From Dimorphilus gyrociliatus (taxonomy: Eukaryota > Animalia > Annelida): a stretch of DNA of 33,411 bases. The stretch spans positions 1 through 33,411 of the forward strand of contig CAJFCJ010000150.1 of assembly GCA_904063045.1 (NCBI GenBank), written 5' to 3'. The translations under genes and the position numbers were made by a program. Under the pieces are notes generated by a model. That model was not told the DNA's origin. It saw only the letters and a list, made by a program, of their open reading frames with translations, and did no database searches. Positions 18,877-28,280 of this stretch are shown one piece after another; within the stretch, counting starts at the first letter, position 1; each line of letters starts with the position of its first letter.

Positions 18877-20220
18877 ATGTGGTGGAATTTCCAACTGCAA
18901 TATTTACTTTTCTCAATAAATTTAATCATTCAAATAATCTCAACTGACACTACTCTAAATAATACTAATCCTGTTAACATTGCTCTAAATCAAGCTACTT
19001 TCCATTCCAGTGTAAAAAATAGTTTATATAATAGTAGTACTGCTGTTGATGGAATATTTAATATACACGAATGTTTTACAACACTGAAGACGTCATCAGT
19101 TTTTGAATGGTGGATGGTAATATTCAAAAAATATTATTTTGTTAGAACCATTAGAATGTTTTATTATACTTTTGGTATGAATGATACTGTTAGTTTATTT
19201 ACGAGCATCTCTGATATTGATCATCCCCAAAATCGTAATAAATTGACACTTTGCAATAAAGTTGATAAAAATTTTTTTGATAAGAAATCTGCAACAATAA
19301 ACTGTTTAAACGGTCCTCAATATTCTAAATCAGTTGTTGCTGAGGTTCTGTCCAAGATATCCCAATTATCCATATGTGAAATTGAAATTTGGACAATGAG
19401 AGATGTTGATAGAGATATTGATAATATTTATGGCTTAGGTTTAAATTTGCTGAAAGGGAATGATGGTATAGGTATATCGTATTATTTGGATCCTTTTTGT
19501 ACTTGGTCCGGTTACGTAAATCCTAGTTGGTGGATGATTAATTTGAATAGTTCTTGCGAAATTTATGCTATATCTTTGATAAATAGAGTGAACACTTTGG
19601 ATCGTTTGGGTTATTTACAAATACTTATAACAAATCTTAAAAATGTAATTCCTCCTTTGCTGCCGGAAATAGTTTGCGGTACAATAGATTATGGAACGCC
19701 TTATATGACAAGAAGGTGCCCAAAGTCTACAATTGGTAGATCAGTTACTCTATACAAAAATTTCACTACATCAATAAATGTACGAGATGGTCTGACACTT
19801 TGTGAAATTGAAATATTTGCTTCATCAATTCAAGATACTATTCATGTCAGTTGGATTGTAAACAACTCAAATTCCATTATTCAACAATACAAAACAGATT
19901 CCTGTAATCCTAAAATTACAGATGTAATTAGAATAATTCAATATAGAACTCAACAAGTAACAATAGAATTAAGAGGTGTGTCACTTTTAAAATCTTGTTC
20001 TAATGGAGCATTTAAATTCCTTTCATCTACTAATGAAAATGTTGAAGAATGTACAATGATAAATTCTTTTGATGGCTATTACACAGAGCTTGATATGCTA
20101 GACTCGTGCAATTTTCAATGTAATTGTTTAAATGATTATTGTTTAGCAATTCATTTTCTAACAATTCAATCTAATTTACTTTCTCTGAATAGAGATTTTT
20201 ATGTAACTGTCAATGTTTAA
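18877..20220 (+). CDS. Secreted protein with two tandem F-type lectin/F5-8C-like domains and a Cys-rich C-terminal domain (447 aa, intronless)
   Basis: N-terminal hydrophobic signal. Domain 1: NIALNQATFHSS...AVDG...EWWMV...LSICEIEIW. Domain 2: SWWMINL...INRVN...CG...IGRSV...LTLCEIEIF. C-terminal CNFQCNC..C. Confidence 0.88.
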   Translation: MWWNFQLQYLLFSINLIIQIISTDTTLNNTNPVNIALNQATFHSSVKNSLYNSSTAVDGIFNIHECFTTLKTSSVFEWWMVIFKKYYFVRTIRMFYYTFGMNDTVSLFTSISDIDHPQNRNKLTLCNKVDKNFFDKKSATINCLNGPQYSKSVVAEVLSKISQLSICEIEIWTMRDVDRDIDNIYGLGLNLLKGNDGIGISYYLDPFCTWSGYVNPSWWMINLNSSCEIYAISLINRVNTLDRLGYLQILITNLKNVIPPLLPEIVCGTIDYGTPYMTRRCPKSTIGRSVTLYKNFTTSINVRDGLTLCEIEIFASSIQDTIHVSWIVNNSNSIIQQYKTDSCNPKITDVIRIIQYRTQQVTIELRGVSLLKSCSNGAFKFLSSTNENVEECTMINSFDGYYTELDMLDSCNFQCNCLNDYCLAIHFLTIQSNLLSLNRDFYVTVNV

Positions 20221-20658
20221 ATTCCTTAACTCAAATTTTCAAATATTTCAATGTTGTAAAAAATGTTAAAAAAGGAAGAAGAAGAGGAAAAGAGAGAGAC
20301 AAAAAAATTTTCTACTATTGATGCTAAATGTTCTATCAAGCTTAATATGATATTTGTATTATAAATTATTTATATATAAATGAATAATTTATCTTATTCA
20401 TCAATAATTTCAATTGTCTTTCCAAATACAAATAAAGAATTTTGGAAATATTATAATGTCACAATAATAAAATATAATTTATAATTAACGACATTTCTAA
20501 AAGATTTCTTATGATATATTGATTGGTTTTTTTTTACCAGTTTATATCTAAAATGTAAAAAATTGTTTGTTTGAGTAGAACTAATACTGATGTAATCTGC
20601 AAAAGGATAATTTGATCATAAAAGAGCAGTACTGCAATTGTGTCAAAATAATTAATAA

Positions 20659-22652
20659 TTAACTTTTTTTTTCTTTAACATTAATTTTGCTACCCAATAA
20701 TCTGACATAGTAATTGACAGTTTCAAAGTCTATATTTGCAGTTGCTTCATCAATCACAATCAAATATGATTGTTTTAATAGAGCTCTCATTAAACTTATT
20801 AATTGCCTCTCTCCAATACTAAAATTCTTTCCGCCTTCCATTACACTTAAATTCAATTGGTGCTTTAAATTTTGAACTTTCCCTGATAATTGCACTTTGT
20901 GAAGATTCAGCCAAATTTCATCATCTGTATACATGTTAAACTGATCTAAATTTGACCTGATTGTTCCAGTGAACAATGCTGGAACTTGAGGGATGACTGA
21001 TATGGCTAATCTTCCTCTTTGGAGACTGCAATCTTTAAGAATATCAACGCCATCTAGTAGAATTTTTCCTTCAACATAGCCTATTTGTAAGAGGGTTGAT
21101 AAAAGGGAACTTTTGCCAGCAGCAGTTCGTCCAACAATTCCAATCTAAAGTATATTGTTTAAATATATAATGAAATTATAAGAAATTAAGAAACCTCTCC
21201 TGATTGAATGCATAAATTGATAGAAGACAATGTGTTAAAGGTAAATCTTTATTATATTTCATAGAAACATTAATTAGTTCCAACTTTCCACTACAAGGCC
21301 AATTTTCATTTTCACATTGTATGCATTCAAAATATAGAAATAATGCAATTTTTTGTTGCAAGCTTCATAAAATTTATCCATTAATTGATTTTCTTTTTGA
21401 AAGCATCTTATTGTTACAAGACCAGTTAGAGTTGTGACCAACATTTCATAAATTGGGCTAGCAGCTATACTATCCAATCTTGTTTGGTAAATTTTCTAAA
21501 TCCTTTTAAACAAATAAAAAATATGATAAAAAAATATTCATAGACAGCCATATTGTTTGTTTCTTTCTGTTACCTTTTCAAGTGAACCCACTTGTAAAAT
21601 TTTTCTATGTTTAACCAAGTTGAAGTCATCATCAAAAATTATATTATCCATAATTGAACCTGTAAAAATCCAAGGATCTTGAGGCATATATGATTTTTTC
21701 ATTGCCATATCTATAAATCCATTCTTTGGCCTTAACTCTTCAAGCATATTGAATAGTAATGTAGTTTTTCCTGAACCAACTTTCCCATATATTCCAATTA
21801 GAGATGCTGATTCCACAGACAAATTGACATTTTTGAAAATGAACTTTGAAGGTGTAGCCTAAAATAATTTAATATAATATTTATATGAAAAAATTTACAG
21901 ATATTCTGTTTACCTTCCAACTGTAATCAACATTTTGCAGTTTACATATTCCCAAGGTTTTATTATCTTTATTACTACTCAGAGTGACAATTTCATTTCT
22001 TTCACATTTTGTCCTATTCTTTGAGCATAATAATTTCTAAAAAAAAAATTGTAATCCAACTGAAACTTTTAACATTTATATGGCCTTGACCTTGATCGTA
22101 ATACTAACCTCAACTAACATTTTAATAGTTTCAATTCCAGATAAAATTTCATTCATAAATTGTATTCTTTTGTCATTTCTAATTGAAATTTGTGATCTGA
22201 GTAAACCTTGCTTATATGCCATATATGATTGAAATGAGGCAATGAAAGCAATTGTTGTAAAACAAGTAAATCCTGATAGAAAACCAAGAAGAATTCCAAT
22301 AGCAATTGATGTTACTATTACTAAAGAAAACTAATTTTTAATTTTTTGAAAAAAAGACAGAAATTATCTGATACAAACAACCACCAAACGCATTAATACT
22401 AGGAAAGGAAGCATTCCCTTCAGTCGATATATGGTTATCTTGAATAGGGAGATATTTCGTCCTAGTTTTAAATCTTTAAACATTTCCCTAAATAATATAT
22501 AAAAATGTTTTATAATCTCTTATGATACTTTCTACAAAAGAACTTACAATTTGTTTTTAGCATGCAATTTTCTTGTATCAAGACTCTGTAATTTTTCATA
22601 TTTATCTAATCTTTCAATCCAATTTTTACCTTTTATCATAAAGTAAACCCAT
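20659..22652 (-). pseudogene. ABCC (MRP4-like) transporter remnant with multiple internal deletions, frameshift and missing first exon
   Basis: Lasso-like exon (WVYFMIKG...), TMD1 piece DKRIQFMNEILSGIETIK, NBD1 GKVGSGKT..QDPWIF, TMD2 piece RLDSIAASPIY..TLTGLVTIR, NWPCSGKL and NBD2 GRTAAGKS..NFSIGERQL..IDEATANID. Only about half of a full ABCC is present. Confidence 0.88.
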
Positions 22653-22719
22653 CTATTTAAAAAAAAATTATTGTTCCTTTCTTTTGTAATTCAAATTTTA
22701 AAAAACAAAGAGAATATCA

Positions 22720-25700
22720 GTCATAGAATTACACAGAATGGTATTGAAACTGATCCTGAAAAGATTCAGATAATAAAAGATGCCAAATTACCTATGTTTG
22801 CCATTATTCTGTTGAGTTTTGTGGCATTTTGTGGTTATTATAGAAGATAAGCTACTAATCAATACACAATTAAGATATGCAGCTTATCAAAAAGAGGATT
22901 TGCAGTATATTGGGCAGTACAAAAATTCTCCCATTATCTACAGTATAAGAAATTTTTTCTCTACACTGATCACCAAAATTTGGTACCAACACTTGTACGA
23001 AACAAACTGAATTCAAGTACTGTTAAATGGGTGATGGCACTTATGGATATGGATTTTGAAATAATATACATACCAGGAAGAGCTAATAGAGCAGACTGGA
23101 TATCAAGAATTGATGAAACTGATGAAGTAATTGATTTTCGAAATTTACTTAAGGAAAGATTAAATGAAGAAAAACAAAATGGCAATACAGTTCCCCAATT
23201 AGCAGAAAGAAAGGATATGCAAAAATGCTTCTATATTGATACAGAAGACTTAGAAGAATTAGATGATTGTTTGGATGACAATTTAGATGATGATTATCAT
23301 GAAGACATACTTGAAACCCAAGCCCAGATTATGAAACATAAAATCACACCAGTTGAAATAAACTTCTATAGAGAACAATTATTAGATACCCCACTAATGA
23401 AAGTTGTAGACAAATTGGAAGGAGAAAACATTGATAATGGGTCATTGAATGAATATAAAAACTTTATTGAATCTATGTTTGTAAAAGAAGACCTTGTATG
23501 GTATCTAAATGGCTGTCAACCACTACTTGTAATCCCAGTAGAAACTCTAACCAACTTATTTGGACAAATTCATCAACATCAACTATTTGAGCACTATGGT
23601 GTAGACATAACAATTCACACTTTGGAGCAAGCTTTCTGGCATCCCAAGCTAAAGAAAACAATTAAAGGTCATATAAAGAGTTGTGAATTTTGTGAGCAAT
23701 TTAAGAGCACCAGGCAACAAACACTTGTTGGTTGAAACACCTCACCCAACTCTACCAATGCAAATAATTGTTATGGACATAATGGGACCTTTGACTGGAC
23801 ATGATTCTTACAAGTATATACTAGTCATTATAGACCACATGTCCAGATTTACCAACTTATTCCCTCTAAAAACTCAAGCAGCTGAGGAAATTTCTAAACA
23901 TTTGTTTTTCAACTATTTCCCAATATTTGGTATCCCAGAAGAAATTTTCGCAGATCAAGGAAGGAATTTTCTTGGGGAAATCTTTACAGAAATGGTAATA
24001 TCAATGGGAATACGAAAAATTAAAACAACACCATTCAATAGCCAAAGTAATGGAATGGTAGAAAGAAAAAATTTGGAAATTCGCAAAGCACTACATAAAC
24101 ATGTAGTAATGGAACAATTGACAGATTGGCAAGGCAATTGCCAATAATTCAGACATGTTTAAATCAAATTCCAGTTGGAAGCACTGGCAAAACCCCACAT
24201 GAAATATTATTTGGATTGAAGAATAGAAATGTCTTAGATCTATTAATGGAAGTTCCAATATTAGAACCAACAACAAAATTCTTATTTGATAGAAAACATG
24301 AACTTGAAGAAATTAGAGCAACAGCACTTTGTAAATCTGTTCTAACAAAGAAGAAATATAGAGATAGAGTTAATAAAGCTATTACAAGAAAACCACCAAC
24401 TTACAAAATTGGTGATTGGGTACACATAAGAAATGAAAACATTGGTCAAGGAATGAACAGAATAAATACAAGCAAATGGAGTGGACCATACCTTGTAACT
24501 GCTACTGATACTACAAAATGTTTGTATGAATTACAAATATTGGCAGATAAAAGAAAATTCTATCATGATAGTAGACTAAGACTAGCTAACAAACAACCTA
24601 TAACAGTTAACACAGTGACAGTAAGGAACCAACAAACAAATGGTGGAATACTTCCTATCAGAGTGTACAACTTTGGTTATATTTTACATGCTTGAACTCT
24701 ATTATTTTATGCAACTTATACATGTACATCTTAAAACCTACGCAAGAAAATGCTATAATATTGGCCAAACATAAGTCTGAAACATAATATAACTAAAGAC
24801 CCCTACCATAAATTCCCACTGGAAATGAGAGAAGCTGCCCAAACAGCTACCTTACTACATGGTATTGATTCAAATTTTAAGAATTTAAAAAAATTTACCC
24901 AACAGCTGTCAAGTCTTCTCTGCTTTTCCAAGTGGAACCAGTTACTCATGTGTTACAGCAAGTCAATTTGGAAGAGATTACCTATAATGAGTGTAGGTCT
25001 AACCAGTTATTCTACAAAACAACTCACAATCAATTAAATCCTATAAGAAACCAACTGATGAAAGACAAAACATATGTGTATTATTCAGAAAGAGGATGCA
25101 GATTTCACACTGTGTCTGCAAAATCCATTCAGTTAAATATCCACAATCACCTTTCTGAACCAAAAATTGAAATTGCCTGATTAGCTGACCTACTCCACCA
25201 TGGGGTAAAGAAGGATATTAGAACTGATCTTACAAATTCCAGTTATGCTGACAATAAAATAACAGAGGATACAAACTACAAGATCATTTCAAATAAAGAA
25301 GCTAATAGTATGGAGAAATATATTGGAAAGAAAACATCACTAAGAAAGGCCAATGTCACAGAAATACAAGATATTTTAACATATAATGATTGGTATAGAG
25401 ATGGTGACAAAACCTAGCATATGCTGTTAAGAAATCATGCAACACCATTAGTGAGGACTTGGTTTGTCAAAGAAATTATTTCTCCAGACATCTGGGATAT
25501 TAACAACAAATACAAATATACACTTTTACAAAGAAAACCAATAAATCACAAATGAAAGAGGAAACAATTAAAAAGCATAGAAATTCCAGAATCACACTGT
25601 ACTTTGTTGTATTGTAATTGTAGGAAGTCCTAGCTCGTCACTATCAAATTCGTCCACTCCAATCATTTACCAATGTGCCAAAGTACTGGTCCAAATAGAA

Positions 25701-26950
25701 CCTTTCAAGTTCGTCCACAAGTAGTCTTAATAAATGTAATTCCAGTAAAAATTAACCAACAAACACCAGTATTTCATTCAAAGAATATGTATTTGAGTAA
25801 ATGAGTTTCTAGTTCTAAACAAGCAAGTTTGAACAACCAGCTGATGGTTAGAAAACTGAACTGACTACTGTTAAATTCGTAGGGTTTATATACTTTTCCA
25901 ATAGTTCACAGTTCACGGATAAAAATATTCACACAAACAAATGTAACAATTTGGATAAAGGGAAAGTTCAAATATACTTCCATGTTTGTTACTTTTTCTT
26001 TATCTTGGAGAACTTTTGCTCCCTATTTTAGTAGGTCAGAAAGTTGCCTAAGATGTAACAATTATTAATAGAAGTTGGATTGATTCCAAAACACAAAAAT
26101 AGGAAAAGGTCAACTTGATGCCGTTTTAATATACAACAAATTATTAATAATAATTGTTTGTGTAAGATAATATGTTTCTGTGTAAAGGACTGGTAGGATA
26201 AAAGTATTAAACTTAATCATCCAATATAGTATTGTGCATACAATACTGTTGAAAAGTGACAATAATCTAAAAGCTCCAAATATAAATAGAATAGTGGAAG
26301 ATATAATTAATATTCATTAAATATGATGTGTATAATAATTAGGGTTAACATCTAAGTTGTAAAATACTTTTACAACTTAGTTTAAATAGTGTATGGAGAG
26401 CTCTGGATGGAGAGCCTACTGTGGAGGAAATATGGAAAGCCCTCCATGACGAATTTGATCTGGATCCTTTGGAGTATCCTTGTCACCAACACAACATCTA
26501 TTTTCTTCATGGATAAGAAAACCTTTCAAAATACTAATAGACACACTTCTTCCAATTATACTCTTGATTGGAATTGGATTCTTCATTTACTTTATTTGGA
26601 AGAAAAAACTGAAAAGAGTTCAATTTACCAGACTGTCTAAACTATTGACAAAAACAAAAAGATTACCTTCAGCTCCAACAGCTGAATCAGAAGAAATAGA
26701 ACTGCAAAATTATCCTATGTTCAGAAAAAATGGTGATAACATAATTGTCACAAGTCCTAGACCTTTTGTGGAAGCAATAAAACCTATTAAATTATATAAA
26801 GAATATTGCTATTTGCAACCTAGCATTAATATTACAATTTATTAATCCATACATTTAGGATTTTCAACTAAAACTAGTTAAATTAATTATCAATTATGCT
26901 AAAATTCTAAGTTTAGATTATATTCACTATCCAACAGTATTGTGTATACA
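22720..26950 (+). mobile_element. Older diverged sister-subfamily copy of the Pol-Env element: deleted, frameshifted, env blocks reordered
   Basis: RT thumb from 22720, a ~270-bp RNase H deletion near 22848, integrase core about 93% identical by manual count, env fragments at 24800-25597 and 26400-26777, and a 31/38 match to the LTR at 26913-26950 (vs 12436-12473). Confidence 0.9.
25598..26395 (-). repeat. LTR copy D, nested antisense in the old copy's env and truncated on the U3 side
   Basis: Matches the reverse complement of 12311-13108; the first 155 bp of the LTR are absent. Confidence 0.93.
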
Positions 26951-26960
26951 GTTTTTGGGG

Positions 26961-27271
26961 AATCATGAAATGCTTGAATCCATAGTGAACTTAACAAAGG
27001 GTCTAAGTCTGTCACATTTGGAAAACATGTCACTTAATGGAGCATTTACAATAGACTGTCTTTATTATGAGGTAACACTTCAGTAGTTCATATTCAGTCA
27101 TTTGAATTTACTAATTTTCAGATTTCTACTAAGAAATACATTTTAAAAATAGAAAATATTTATAATAGAACAGAAACAAATGAGAAAAATGATATTTGTT
27201 CATTAGGCTTATTAGTTAAAAAACTTTTGCAAAAGAGACAGCAACACATCAATATATTAAAGCAAAGATAG
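26961..27271 (+). pseudogene. 5'-truncated paralog of the kinase-like domain
   Basis: NHEMLESIVNLTKGLSLSHLENMSLNGAFTIDCLYYE | intron 27072-27121 | ISTKKYIL...NEKNDICSLGLLVKKLL aligns with the minus-strand copy and has the same phase-0 intron position. Confidence 0.72.
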
Positions 27272-27625
27272 TGAAAAGAGTTCTATGCAACTATCAGTCT
27301 CTCTTTCTCTAGGACTGAACAAATATTCCCATTTTTCTACAGTCCTATGTGTAAAATATGTGAAATTTTCTCTTTAATAATAAAATATTACTTTTTTGAA
27401 ATTATATCGTGATCTTTGAACTAACCATTGCTACGAAGCAATGGTCTGTGGCATTGAAGTGAGTGGTTGTGAAAACCAAAGTGTTATGTTAATGTTAAAT
27501 GTATGTCATATGTTAAAAAGAGGACACAGAGACATCTCGATGTCCAAAGCATGAACTTGATGTAAACTATTTTCTATAAGCTTTATTCAAATTTTTTAAA
27601 CAGAAAGAACATTTAAGAAATGTTT

Positions 27626-28212
27626 TCATTCCTTGAACTCTCTTTCTTTTAGTAATAGACTATTGGCAATATTACCAAAGGCAAAAATATCCTGTTTTTC
27701 ATTTAATAAAGTCTTCTCACAAATACATTGTGTATGTAAAAAATACTTGTCACAAGAAATCTAAGATATAAAGAAGAGAAAAAATGAATAGTTCATGTAA
27801 AGAATAATTGCTGCTAATATTTTTACCTCATAAAGAATATCATTTAATGATATATTTCCATTTAAAGACAGGTTATTTGAATGTGAAAATTCCATGGCTT
27901 TTGTAATATGTATTAAGCACTTTAGCAGCTCTCTTTTTTCCATCAATTTACTTGATTTACTTGATATCTCTACCTTTTTGTATGAATTAAATGTGATCTT
28001 ATGACCAAGAAAGAAGGTATTCAGGTTGTTGTAAAAATCAAAAGCTATAAATATAACAAAAGTATCACTTGAAACCATGAAAGATTAGCATAAAAACATT
28101 TCTATATAAGTTGTTCATCAATGTCCTCCAAGTTAATTTATTGTTGAAGAATAAACTAAATGTTATTAAATAATTACCTTTAGACATTACATCTATATTG
28201 TCCTGTTGTTCT
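27626..28212 (-). CDS. Degenerate Tyr-kinase-like (pseudokinase) domain, predicted C-terminal part of the receptor gene
   Basis: SKGNY (Gly-loop-like), TLMNNLYRNVFML (alphaC/HxN-like), LLKCLIHITKAMEFSHS (alphaE) and DIFAFG (subdomain IX). HRD and DFG are absent. There is a 1-nt shift at the T-run 28080-28082 and an intron at 27761-27826. Confidence 0.65.
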
Positions 28213-28280
28213 CTGTGATTTAAATTAGATAAAAAAAGAGATGAAAGGAAAAAAGAAAACAATTTCAAGTAAAACTTAAC

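Noticed and set aside
1-27000. Unistrand piRNA-cluster-like TE trap
   Set aside because: TE fragments occur on both strands and are interleaved with apparently intact genes; this cannot be supported without small-RNA data.
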